Assembly (NCBI RefSeq): GCF_006345805.1
Contig: NW_021828060.1
Coordinates: 1 to 35,873, forward strand
Origin: Octopus sinensis
Lineage: Eukaryota
Direction: 5' to 3'
Length of the DNA stretch: 35,873 nucleotides
Of the stretch, positions 1-11,280 are shown piece after piece. How positions within the stretch are numbered: the stretch's first letter is position 1; every line of letters begins with the position of its first letter. Position numbers and translations under genes: made by a program. The notes under the pieces are model-generated. The model saw only the letters and a program-made list of their open reading frames with translations. It was not told the origin of the DNA and searched no databases.

Positions 1-542
1 CCAATTGTACAGCTACAGCTTTCATTCTCATTAATTCTTAGATCCGATTATAATTAATTATCATTAACTATTACTATAATGAAATATCATTAATGATATT
101 TAGAGAATTGTGTTGTTATATTTCAGTCCTTCGTTATCCATTTCCATTTACTCAGACAGGAAAACTTCTATACGGTGGCTCAACCTGCGGACGTAGCGTA
201 AAGTTTTTCCCTTCTGTCTGCAAATGTCGAAAGGTGGCATTGAAGGACGTTACCCTAAATATATATATATATGTATATGTATTTATATATATATATTGTG
301 GGGGGGGGCAAAAAGAATTAGAGGGGAAGACAAAGTATTCACGTGATATAATTACAACGCAGATCATTATTGGCATTGATTGAGAATACACGTACATTTA
401 ATTCCATACATACATGGAGACACACACACACACAGACAAACAGGTGCACAAAAACACATAGATTCATACGCACACGTACACATGTACATGACTCCTGTGG
501 ATATGTTAGCAGTTGTCTATGAAGGATTGACATGTCTATTTT

Positions 543-544
<2 letters not shown>

Positions 545-634
<90 letters not shown>
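545..634. repeat. (TCTA)n microsatellite
   Basis: Near-perfect TCTA tandem run. Confidence 0.98.
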
Positions 635-635
<1 letters not shown>

Positions 636-727
636 AGACATATATCAATATATATATACACATATATATATAAATATATATATATATGTATATATATACA
701 CACACATAGACACACATATATATATAT

Positions 728-780
<53 letters not shown>

Positions 781-824
781 TGCGTGTATGCATGTACGTA
801 TGTACGTATGTATATATGTTGGTT

Positions 825-1020
825 CGTTAGTTACTGCACGCATTTTTTTTCTCTCCTTCTTTCTGTGTTTATTTCTCTCTGTGTATCTTTCTGTTGAAGA
901 GCGTAGGCTCGAACGTAAAAGACTTGTTTTATTTATTTCCTGAGACGCCATACTAATACAATTGTTTGTTTGTTTTCCACCTGCCTTCGTCTTTTGTCTA
1001 TTTTCATAAAGCTTCCCGTT
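825..1020 (+). mobile_element. Short interspersed repeat with a degenerate hammerhead-like motif (copy 1, putative Penelope-like terminal-repeat derivative)
   Basis: Aligns by eye with the reverse complement of 3556-3738. Contains TCTTT-CTGTTGA-A-GAGC(GTAG)GCTC-GAA-CG-TA-AAAGA at 886-922. Confidence 0.6.
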
Positions 1021-1057
1021 ATATATATATATATTATAATAATATATAGACGTGAAT

Positions 1058-1172
1058 ATGTGGTAAGAAGCTTGCTTACCAACAGCATGGTTTTGGGTTC
1101 AGTCACACTGCATGGCACCTCGGGCAAGTGTCTTTTACTATAGCCTCTGGCCGACCAAAGCCTTGTGAGTGA
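1058..1172 (+). mobile_element. tRNA-derived SINE, 5' part
   Basis: Matches the head of the full copies at 13683-14040 and 21770-22142 (TGGTAAG..CTTGCTTACCAAC, GGGTTCAGTC, GGGCAAGTGTCTT). A second, more decayed head follows at about 1195-1270. Confidence 0.8.
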
Positions 1173-1394
1173 ATAGTTAGAAAGTTCGCCTCGCAATTAG
1201 AAGTCTCGGTTTCGATCTCACTGCTTAGCTACCTGGACAAAAGTCTTTTACTATAGGCTCGCGTCAATAACATGCTTATAAAAGACATCGTTAGTCGAAA
1301 ACTGCCAAAAACACAGTGAGTGTAATTAAAAAGTGTCAAACACATTCTGCTTCGAGATTACACTAATGCTTCAAAAAACAAAGGACCAATGGCC

Positions 1395-1545
1395 CTTCCC
1401 GAGCCTATGGATCATAAGACCGGTTTCCCCCGGATTCTGCGGCATATGTGGTCTCCCCGCTTTGGACAGGACGCCTCTCCGTAGTAGGGGACTGGAGCAA
1501 TGCGAAACGAAGTGTTTTGCTCAACAACACACCGCACTATGCCAC
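1395..1545 (-). mobile_element. SINE fragment (family sharing the GGACTGGAGCAA..GAAAT..AAGTGT..TTGCTCAA core)
   Basis: Core shared with 14220-14500 and 26146-26462. Confidence 0.6.
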
Positions 1546-1715
1546 GCACCTCCACACATTAAGGCTACATCCGTCAGCAAAATACTCAGCCACATAAATG
1601 CTAATTCTGTGAGTGGAGGAGGCAGTTTAGTTCATTGAAGAACTAAACAAATATTGTCGAAAACTGTGAAGGTGTACTCTGTGTAGTCCACGCATGTGTG
1701 TATGAGAGTGTGCGT

Positions 1716-1789
<74 letters not shown>

Positions 1790-2244
1790 AACAGACAGTA
1801 GGGATGGTTTAATTGGATATTAAAATATAGTATGGCGACAATTTACCCATCGAACCCTGTTTGTGTGTGTGTGTGTGTGTATGTGTGTGTGTATATACGC
1901 ACACACATATCTATGTTGCAATAAAGAATTTTCCGTATGTTTGATCTACAGGTCGATCAACTAAAGCTACCCGCTGGGCATTTTTCTGAGGTTATTAGTA
2001 AATGACTATTCTCCAAACTTGTATACAGTAACGTAAACCTCAAGCAGGACCACCACAAGAATATGAGTGACAAAATCAGTAATATTGAATAGTAGAGACA
2101 ATCTATAATATGACGGCCCAGACTTGTTTCCGTCGAAATAATTTCCTGCACATTAGGTTAGGGTCATTGCAAGGCTATAATGTTTAAGGCATGGCTGTGT
2201 AGATAAAAACTTTGAAACCCCGTGATTTAAGTTTCAACATCACG

Positions 2245-2508
2245 ACGCTGCACCTTGGCCTCCAAAATGGTTTTTAGTATATATCCCGGTCGATAAGTGT
2301 CTTGTGATTGAATTTTGTATCGTAGATGGAAACTGTGCGGAAACGTCTTGTATCCATGTACACATGTATACATATGTGTATGTATGTACGTCTCTCTCTC
2401 TCTCCTCTATATATATATTATATATTATATATATATATATATAATATATATATATATATACATGCATACACACATAATACATACATACATACATACATAC
2501 ATAATCAT

Positions 2509-2542
<34 letters not shown>

Positions 2543-2855
2543 GGTGCATCAGCATGGTCGCAGCTCTGAGCTGAAACCAAAAAATATATATATACATATA
2601 CAGAGGGAGAGAAACAGAGAAAGATAGGAGAAGAGACAGATGGGTGTTTGTAAATCCTCACACGCACAGAAATGCACACAGCTCGAAGACGGGAGTTGGT
2701 GGCTTTATGTCGTCGGAATAGAGCTGCACAGCAAAGTCCGTTAGGGTAATTGCCAGACTTTTAAAACACTATGTACTGCGATCGATTTCTTTCGACTAAA
2801 CTGTTCAAGGCGGTGCCCCAGCATGGCTGAAGTATAAAAATAAATAAAACAAGTA
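2245..2855 (+). mobile_element. Decayed SINE split by expanded microsatellites
   Basis: Middle part at 2245-2355 (GATGGAAACTG..) and 3' tail AAGGCGGTGCCCCAGCATGGC at about 2807-2827 resemble the 21770-22142 family. Confidence 0.5.
2542..2580 (+). mobile_element. Ultra-short CR1-type LINE 3' tail inserted in (TA)n
   Basis: GGTGCATCAGCATGGTCGCAGCTCTGAGCTGAAAC matches the 3' end of the LINE at 23578-24316. TA repeats on both sides. Confidence 0.7.
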
Positions 2856-3307
2856 AGTGAGAAGAATTAGCAAGGGTGCCATGTAATAGGGTAGAACGCA
2901 ATAATTCGTTTTTGCAGAGTGAAACTTTTACATCGTTGACGAAAATGGCTCGTTACAAATGTACGCTGCTAGTGTCTGTTTGCGGGAAACCCGGAACTAA
3001 ACTTTCTAACGTAATGAAACACATATCAGTTTTCCAATGCCCCTGCTGCTTATGCCGACAACGTGTTATAAGTTATATAACGTTTTAGTTTACAAATTTC
3101 TGAAATTCTCCGAGTGAGGGTTAATGTGATTTTGAAGAGATCACAGGATAACTTTCTATTCGATCATAATATTTAATCTAACTATATCTTGGCTTTGAGA
3201 TCGATAACAACAAAAGCATATATATATAAATCATATATAAATATTTCGTTTTTGGATTTGGTTTGGAAGATTCTTTATTTGAGTTCGTGTTTTGAAGCAT
3301 ATTCTAT

Positions 3308-3524
3308 TGTGTCTGGGGAGAGTCAATTTCTTTTTGTGCCTTATAATTTAACATACACACCAGTAAAATTTCCTCATATTTCTTATTTTCCTAAAATTTG
3401 CGATGCGTTTTGCAAATTTTTCAATAGTCTTGACTCTGTCCTTTATTTACACTGCAGTGCAAATTTTACCGGTGAATGTGTTAAATTATAAGGCACAAAA
3501 AGAAAATGACTCTCCCCAGTCACA
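3308..3524. mobile_element. MITE-like element with about 60-bp terminal inverted repeats
   Basis: CTGGGGAGAGTCA.TTTCTTTTTGTGCCTTATAATTTAACA..CACC.GTAAAATTT (3308-3371) is mirrored at 3461-3524. Confidence 0.8.
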
Positions 3525-3555
3525 TATATATAAACACATATATATATACACATAT

Positions 3556-3738
3556 ATAGGGAGAATTCACAAAAAAACCCAAAAGACGAAGACAGGTTGT
3601 GTAGACAACAAACAGATTTATTAGTATAACGCTCGGGAAGTGAAAAAGTATTTAATGTTTCGAGCCTACGCTCATCCACAGAAAGGAACACAGAAAGAAG
3701 CAATGAGAGAAAATAAAAACGTGTAGTGGCTAGCGATA
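3556..3738 (-). mobile_element. Short repeat with hammerhead-like motif (copy 2 of the 825-1020 family)
   Basis: Minus strand reads CCTTT-CTGTGGA-T-GAGC(GTAG)GCTC-GAAA-CAT-TA-AATAC (3686 to 3648). Flanks are homologous to 825-1020. Confidence 0.6.
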
Positions 3739-3763
3739 CACACACACACACACACACACACAC

Positions 3764-3803
<40 letters not shown>

Positions 3804-3936
3804 TATATTATATATATAATATATATATACATACATACATCTGTATATATATATATATATATATAATATATATATATATACAGATGTATGTATGTATATA
3901 TATATATATATAATATATATATATATATAATATCTA

Positions 3937-3989
<53 letters not shown>

Positions 3990-4039
3990 ATACATACATA
4001 TGTAGAAGGTTGAAAAGAAAGGTACGGGTTGTTATATAT

Positions 4040-4407
4040 GGAAAAAAATCTAGGTAGGAAATGCTAAAATAATTTTATAAAAAACATTTCAGTAACGGTT
4101 TCAGTCATTGAGACTTTTTCAACTGTAAGTACGGAAAACAATTAAATTTTGGAAGCATTAAAAGAAAATTTTTTTTCGAGGCCGAACCGACAAGAGTAAA
4201 CAAGAGAGACCGAGACAGAGAGAAACAAGGAAAATGCCCCTTGTATTTGAATACTATACAAATATTCTTTAAAAAAATACTTTCTTTAAATTTTTCCAAA
4301 ATTTAATTGTTTTCCATACTTCTGGTTGAAAAATTCTCAATGACTGCAACCGTTACTGAAATGTGATTTATAAAATTATGTTAGCATTTTCTTCCTTGAT
4401 TTTCCCC
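4040..4407. mobile_element. MITE-like element with about 115-bp imperfect TIRs, within TA repeats
   Basis: 4040-4155 is mirrored at about 4270-4407 (e.g. CATTTCAGTAACGGTT..CAGTCATTGAGA vs TCTCAATGACTG.AACCGTTACTGAAATG). Partial second copy at 26479-26702. Confidence 0.8.
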
Positions 4408-4501
4408 ATATATAATATCATATATATATATACACACATACATACATACATGCATACATACATATATATATACATACATACATGCATACATACATACATA
4501 C

Positions 4502-4552
<51 letters not shown>

Positions 4553-5145
4553 CTCATATCGAGCAAACTTTGATAGGCAGTCTCATCACCATATTTGTCA
4601 CTTTCGGTGCAAGATAGAGTCTTAGTAGTAAAACAACCTGAGCAATTATACAACATGAGAATTACATCATTTCCATTGACGAAATCTCTTTGTATATACT
4701 CTATATCCATATCCATTATTATGACCGGGTTCCAATCCGGGCCGCAGCAACACAGTCCACCCGCCACACTTCTTGGGCCATCATCATTGCCTCGCACTCA
4801 TCACATACACTCGAGGCCAGCGTCTGCAGTCAAGTTTTTGACGTGAGTATTATGACGTTTATCGTCTCATTACATCACCACGAAGTGGGTTCCACATGAC
4901 TCGTTTCCATGCTTCCAGTTCACTATGGAGGACATTTATATAGACATGTAGTGGTATTTAGAAAAAAAATATGTATGAAGTCCGACACAAGACTGCTCTA
5001 ATCTAAATCGTATATTGCACGGTAACGAATTAATGTAAAAGAAGTTATTTTTGAAATATTTCTTCGTGGATATATAAATGGGACATTGTTTAAACAGCGA
5101 AGAAATATCACATGAAACATATCTAAAAGAACACTTATTAACTCA

Positions 5146-5213
<68 letters not shown>

Positions 5214-5218
5214 CCTCT

Positions 5219-5266
<48 letters not shown>

Positions 5267-5282
5267 GCGCGCACACACACAT

Positions 5283-5395
5283 ATCTTTTTTCTTTTTCTT
5301 GTTTCGATCCTTCGGTTACGGCCAAACTGCAGCACCGGCCCTGAAGGATTTTAGTCGAACCAAACGACTCCTGTGCTTATTTTCCTTTAGGCCTC
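5283..5395 (-). mobile_element. SINE 3' tail fragment
   Basis: Reverse complement contains GGCCGGTGCTGCAGTTTGGCCG..GAAACAAGAAAAAG, like the tail of the 21770 family. Confidence 0.55.
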
Positions 5396-5588
5396 AAACT
5401 CATTTATTTTAATAATTAGATGACAACTGCTGCCGTTTAGAAGTCTTCGGCGCAAAGTGTGTCTAAGCGTTCTATTTCTTCATTGCCTTACTAGGGGAAT
5501 GCTGTGACCTCGGTCCTTTTATGCTCGTGCAGCCAGGGTAACAGTCCCCCTCCGAGTCCTAGGACTCGAGACAGTAATGACCAGCGGT

Positions 5589-5911
5589 TGATGATGATGA
5601 TGATTAGCAGGAGGAGGAGGAAGAAGAAGAGTGGGAGTACAATGACGATGATGATGAAGAAGAGGAGGAAGCAGGGGAGGAGGAGACGGAGGAGGAGGAG
5701 GAAGAATAGGAGAGGACAATGATGATGATGACGACAACGATGATGATGGTGACAATGACGACGATGACAACGATGACAGCGACGATGACGACGACGACGA
5801 TGACGACAACGGCGATGAAAACAACGACGACGACAATAATGATCACGATCATGATCGTAATAATGACCACGAAAACAACGATGAGGATGATGATGACTAC
5901 GACGATGATGA
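5589..5911. repeat. Compound decayed trinucleotide array (GAT/GAG/GAA/GAC)
   Basis: Visible triplet runs. The acidic reading frame has TAG stops and a frame slip. Confidence 0.9.
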
Positions 5912-6729
5912 GCCCCTAATTGTGTGGCCTTATGAAAATGCTAAAATTTATATCTCGGTATATTGATAAATAGATAATTAGATAGATGGCAACTATGGAA
6001 GATCTATTAGAATTATTTATCTACTTAGGATTATATTTATATTTATTATATTTATATCTTTCTTGTTCTCGTTTGAAGAGACCACCCTTTATAGTTATAT
6101 TTCACTGCCATGCTAGAGACGATTCGACCGGAAGAGGAAGTAACATTCATTTATAAACAACCTAGCTTTCTCTTCTTCTTCTGTGCTGACAGTGTGCTGT
6201 TTAGGCATTAAGACAGCCAGACCAGATTAGCGTCAGTAGGTACTGGATATTTAGTACACCTAGAAAGAAATAATAGGCATGTGTGTTGGCTATTAGTGCA
6301 TGTGTGTGTGTGGGGGGGGGGCTGTGCGCGCCCATGTATATGTAAGCGTGTTTGATTCAGTAACCATATGTACATGTATGTGAGCTGTTAATATACTGTG
6401 TTTATCTAAGTAATCGCTTTGCCATGCACACATTCATTTCGTTCCGTTTGCAGACTGAAAACTTATACAGAAGGGACAAAAATAGGGAAACCAAATACAC
6501 ACACACATTCATACACATACAAACAGGCATGCACGCACACACACATACACAGACACAAACACGCATGCACAACCAGTGTTGATTACAAAACAAGGAACAG
6601 AAGTGTGTTTCTTAATTATATATTAGCGGCGAATGAGGAAATGAAACTGAGAGACACGTATTAAGGACAACTGAGCAACATAAACATATATATATATGTA
6701 CATATATACACACATACATATGGATAGAG

Positions 6730-6832
6730 AGAGATAGACAGACAGACAGACGGACGGACGGACAGATAGATAGATAGGTAGATAGAATAATAGACACATG
6801 GATGGAAGATAGATAGATAGATAGATAGATAG

Positions 6833-6873
<41 letters not shown>

Positions 6874-6889
6874 GGATGGATGGATAGAT
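6730..6889. repeat. (GACA)/(GATA)/(GATG) tetranucleotide array
   Basis: Visible tandem runs. Confidence 0.95.
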
Positions 6890-7135
6890 ATGTTATTAGC
6901 CAAACACGGCTGAACACAGAAGGGACAAATTACAAAGTAGAGCTTTTCTTTTTGGGGAGAAAAATTTTTTTTTTAAATTTTAAAGAGAGTAAAAATTTTT
7001 TAAAATGAAAAAAGAAACGGGGTAAGTTTTCGATCAAAAGGGATCGTAAAAAAAGAAAAAAAAAACCGATCAATAGGCATCGTGTATCACAGAAATATCT
7101 TGATGTAAAGAGGGAAACAGATAAGGTTTATCCGA
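6890..7135 (-). mobile_element. Diverged 3'-UTR fragment of a Tx1-type LINE (second copy)
   Basis: TTATTAGCCAAACACGGCTGAACACAGAAGGGACAAATTACAAAGTAGAGCTTTTCTTTT.. aligns with 7157-7445. Bordered by GATA repeats at both ends. Confidence 0.85.
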
Positions 7136-7149
7136 GAGATAGATAGATA

Positions 7150-7221
7150 TGTTTCTTTATTAGCCACACAGGGCTGCACACAGATAGAACAAATTACAAG
7201 GTAGAGCTTTTCTTTTGAAGG

Positions 7222-7256
<35 letters not shown>

Positions 7257-10200
7257 AAGGGGGAGGTTCGATCAAAAGGGATCGTAAAAGGAGAGAAAGA
7301 GGACAAAAATAAGGGGGGTTAAAAAAAAAAAAAAAAAAGAAGGGGGGGAGAGGAAAAAAAAAAAAAAAAAATGATCAATAGGGATCGTTATCACAGAAAT
7401 GTCAATATGAAGTGTAAAGGGGAGGACAGGTGAGGTTTACCCGTGGAAAGAAAGCCTGCGGAAAAGACCACGGTAACCTCGCTCAATGAAGTCACATTTT
7501 ATATTTCTTTTTTTTTTTTTTTTTTTGCAAATAAGCAACTCTCTGTTTTCGATTTCTGGGTTCATAGGACTATGCTCAAGGTGGCTTCGTCATTCATACG
7601 TGCCATTCTTGCTACATTCACCCATCTTTTTTTAAAACATTCGCTAGACAAAACTTGCCTCTCTACTCTCACTTTCCTTTTCAAGTGGTACTTGAAGAAG
7701 TTGATGAGAGATTGACCAGAGAGGAAAGTGTTTGTCTCCAATCCTTTCAGACGCGTCCACCAGATACATTCTTTCGCCATAGCCACAAGGATGATGAAAA
7801 TAGCTCTTCCTTCCCGTTTGAAGGAAGGAGGCGTGACAATATTGACGATAGACTCAGCTGATAAACCGACTCGTCCCACACGTGACAGCAGTTGTTCGAC
7901 ATAAGCCCACAGGTCGGAAATTGTTGGACACTGAACGAGTGCGTGCAGAACGGTTTCGTCGCTCTGACCGCATCTCGGGCAGGTCGGCCCCGTGTTTCTC
8001 GAGCCGTGTCTGTAGAGCTTATCCCGAACGGGTAGCGCTTCTCGGTAGCACTGCCAGGCCAGGGATCTCTGGAAGTTGTCCATGGGCCCTGGCCCGAAAG
8101 TCGTCCCGAACAGGCGGGTCAGGTACTCCTCGTCGACGTCCAGGTTCGCCCCGAGCTCGTCGTCGTACCTCCCCTCCACTAAACCCCTATAGAATGCTTT
8201 GGTTGTGTTGAAGTCACTTAAGGTCGACCCAGGACGGCAGAGTTGCTTGAGAGCAACGCGACACTCGCGGTGCCATTCGCCCTTCCTCGGCCTCTTTTTG
8301 ATCCACGACTGCAGTTCGGTCATGGAGACGAGCTGCGGGAAAGCGTGCCTCACAAACGGCGACCACACCTGTTCACCGTCGTCTACATAGAGCCAGAGAT
8401 GTCGCAGTCTCAGCGCGTGTCTGCGCATCATCAACCACGGCATGCCCAGCCCTCCTTTTAACGGGTGTTGACAGCAAATGGATCGCCTGACCATCGGGAC
8501 GCATCCTTTCCACAAGAAGCGAAGAGGATGCGTTGTAGTTTGGTGATGGTAGGGTCGGGACAAGGTACGACGGTCAGGCGGTAGTAGATGACGGACGCGA
8601 TGTACGTGTTCGCCACCTCCGCTCGACCTTTTAGGGACAGTTTCCTCTCGGCCCATTGCCGGGCGAGAGTGACCACCCTACTCGTTATCTCGTTCCAGTT
8701 CTTCTCCACTTGGAGGTCCGGACCAAACCAGACCCCGAGCAACTCAACCGGGCCGTCGGTCCAGCGTCCCACGACGGAGGCGCTGGTGGACGGCATGGGC
8801 TTGCTTCTCCAGGTGCCTAGTCGCAAGCCCACTGACTTTTCCCGGTTGATTTTCGCTCCTGTCACCGCTTCGTAGTTTTTCAGTGTCTCGCCGACCAGCT
8901 CGATGTGCTCGTGGCTAGACACTATGACGGTGACGTCGTCCGCGTATGCAGACACGCTCGTCCCGCATCCCAATTCTCGCGGGATGCCCCTTAGAGTCGC
9001 CAGCTTCCGCAGTAGTGGCTCAAGAGTCAATACGTATAGAAGCGCCGAGAGGGGGCATCCCTGACGGACCGAACGTGCAATGTCGAAAGGTCTCGATAGA
9101 TGTCCATTTACGCGAATTACCGAACGGATGCCTCTGTACAAGGCAGCTATCCAGCCGCGGAAGACGGGACCGAAACCAGCCGCTCTCAGGACTGCCTCCA
9201 AGTATCGATGGTCTACCCTATCAAAGGCTTTTGATTGATCCAAGTTGATCAGGGCCCCACCCATGCCAGGTTCGTTAACTACCCTGTCTATGATGTAGCG
9301 CATCAGATGGAGGTTGTCATGGATGGTCCGGCCTGGCACGGCGCATGTTTGCGCCTTGTCGACCAGTTTCTCGATGACAAGCGCCAACCTCTTGGCTAGC
9401 ACCTTGGCCAAAATTTTCAAGTCTGCATTAAGCAGAGTGATGGGCCTAAAGTTATCTATTACATTTCCCTTGTTTAGATCTTTCTTCAGCAGTGTTACGG
9501 CTCCTCGGCTCACAAAACCAGGAATGCTCCCGTTTTGCTGCCAGTTGCAGTACACCGCCGCCAAGAGATCTCCAAACAAGTCTGGCATACAATTGTAAAG
9601 CTCGTAGGGTAGACCATCCAAACCCGGTGATTTGTCCCTCGAGCATTCTGCCATCGCTTCCCGCACTTCCGCCGCCGTGATGGCACCTTCGCAGCACCCT
9701 GCCTTTCTTGTCGAGAGTCGTGGTAGGCTATGTAGGTAGGCACTGAAGTCCACCCTACGTTCTTGCCCTCCACTCGTTCCGAACAGTCGGGCAAAATGCT
9801 GCTGAAAGGCCTCACACATTTTACTTGGCTCGAGCAATTCGCGCCCCTGTTCATCTACCAGTGACCGAATGGTGGCTTTGTTGCCCTGTTGCGCCTCTGC
9901 CACCCGGGCCTCTCTCGCGGCTCCAACACCTTCGTTCCTTAGAGCACGCATCCTAGCTCTGACAGCACATCCTTCGTGTTTGGCGATGCCGCTTCTAATT
10001 GCCTCTTCTAGCTTCTTAACTAGCTCACCCTCTACTCTATTTCTATCTATGGCTAGTGCTTTGCTGTACCTAATCGCTTCTGCTTTTACTGCTCTCTTGA
10101 GGGCAAACCACCATTTGTTGTTGATGATGGCTCCCGTCAAAGCCCTCTTTACTAGTGTGCTAATCCGGTCTCTGAAAACTTGTCTCGATGGGAAAGACGC

Positions 10201-10704
10201 GTTTAGTTTCCAGTATCCGGGACCCTGCCTAAGTGTCTTACCTAAGTCTAGCGTACATGTCACAAGTTTGTGATCCGTGTAGCTGACTATGTGGAATTGT
10301 GGACATCCTATGCTATCTCTATCTACTGTCCTACACAGTATCCTATCTAGATACGATCTCGACGACCCGATGCGGTTGCTCCATGTCCACGTTGGCGCAT
10401 TCGGGTGGTCTAGTCGAAACCTGTCAGACAGTTGAAAGCGTCTGAGCAGGTCTCTGAGGCATTTGCATCCCCGTCTATTCCTATCTCTACCCACGTAGTC
10501 TACATGCGTGTCCAAGGTAGCATTCCAATCCCCCACTAAGAGTAAAGGACGAGACGTTCCCAAGAAAACTTGTAGACGTTGAAAGAAATCCGCCCGACCT
10601 GTTAAGGGCGGTGCGTAAACTGATACGAGCCGAAAAGCGCACCCATTGCTGCCGTCGACATCCAGGACGACCAGTCTACCCCCCGGGTCTACGAATATTG
10701 TCCT

Positions 10705-10707
<3 letters not shown>
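7150..10707 (-). mobile_element. Tx1-clade (L1 group) non-LTR retrotransposon, 5'-truncated, inserted in (GATA)n
   Basis: ORF2 has APE, RT and zinc-knuckle motifs. The 3' end on the minus strand is AATAAA-GAAACA-TATCTATCTATC. The 5' end abuts (TCTA)n. Clade assignment is inferred from domain architecture and style. Confidence 0.9.
7562..10707 (-). pseudogene. LINE ORF2 (APE endonuclease + reverse transcriptase + CCHC zinc knuckle), 5'-truncated, with a 1-bp frameshift near 8520
   Basis: APE: VSVYAP, GDWNA, LDRIL, TDHKLV (the frame continues upstream of the listed ORF to about 10707). RT: KSPGLDG, FRPITLLNADLKILAK, DQSKAFDRV, RQGCPLS, YADDV. Zinc knuckle: CPRCGQSDETVLHALVQC. The frames join as KLQRILF/RFLWKG if one C is restored. 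Confidence 0.95.
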
Positions 10708-10794
<87 letters not shown>

Positions 10795-10795
10795 G
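10707..10795. repeat. (GATA)n microsatellite
   Basis: Near-perfect run directly at the Tx1 5' junction. Confidence 0.98.
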
Positions 10796-11010
10796 AAGCC
10801 TTTCTTTGAGAAGCTTCTCTTGGACTAAATATTACAGCTAGTTTTGTTTCACAGCTGTATATATATTACAAATGTCCTATACACTGATATTTTAATCCAT
10901 TGCCGTATGAATTAAATTCTAGTCTGGCTCAGCCGTTGTACAATCAGTAAATGTTTCGGTTACCGATTTCTATATAATAAGAAGCATTTTCAGTTTAGTT
11001 CAAAACGTCA

Positions 11011-11069
11011 GGTGAATTTGTCCTTGAGGAGACTAAATACAGTCGAAAGAATACGTCTGACAATTCACC
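11011..11069 (+). ncRNA. Type I hammerhead ribozyme-like motif (degenerate)
   Basis: GGTGAATTTGTC-C-TTGAGGA-GACT(AAATAC)AGTC-GAAA-GAATACG-TC-T-GACAATTCACC. Stem I is 11 bp with one bulge and stem II is 4 bp. C3 is replaced by U and the first stem I pair is mismatched. Confidence 0.65.
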
Positions 11070-11280
11070 AGCTCTCCCTGTTTTAAGTCACAACTCTCTT
11101 TGGCAAATTTCTCTGAAACGAAATGTATCTGCTGCTGACGGTCCACGGTTGTAGGCAACTTATAAATATTATAGATGCCGGTAGATAATAAAAAGCGAAC
11201 AACAACAATAACAATAATAACATTAAAAACAACAATAAAAACAACAATAATAATAACAATAATAACAACAATAATATCCA

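Noticed and set aside
3090-3124. GGGTTAA end, and TTAACCC at about 21716, suggesting piggyBac termini
   Set aside because: No matching partner TIR identified nearby.
4720-4850. GC-rich patch with GTGAGT donor at 4843 and B-box-like GGTTCCAATCC
   Set aside because: No acceptor or recognisable peptide and no A box, so it cannot be called an exon or a SINE.
5589-5975. Possible acidic D/E-rich (biomineralisation-like) protein
   Set aside because: In-frame TAG stops, a frame slip, no splice signals, and similar decayed GAT arrays elsewhere (31100-31240).
6466-6480. 14-nt match ACAGAAGGGACAAA to the Tx1 3' UTR at about 6916
   Set aside because: Homology does not extend on either side.
8199-10273. 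Plus-strand ORFs overlapping the LINE
   Set aside because: Antisense shadows of the GC-richer ORF2 with no motifs.
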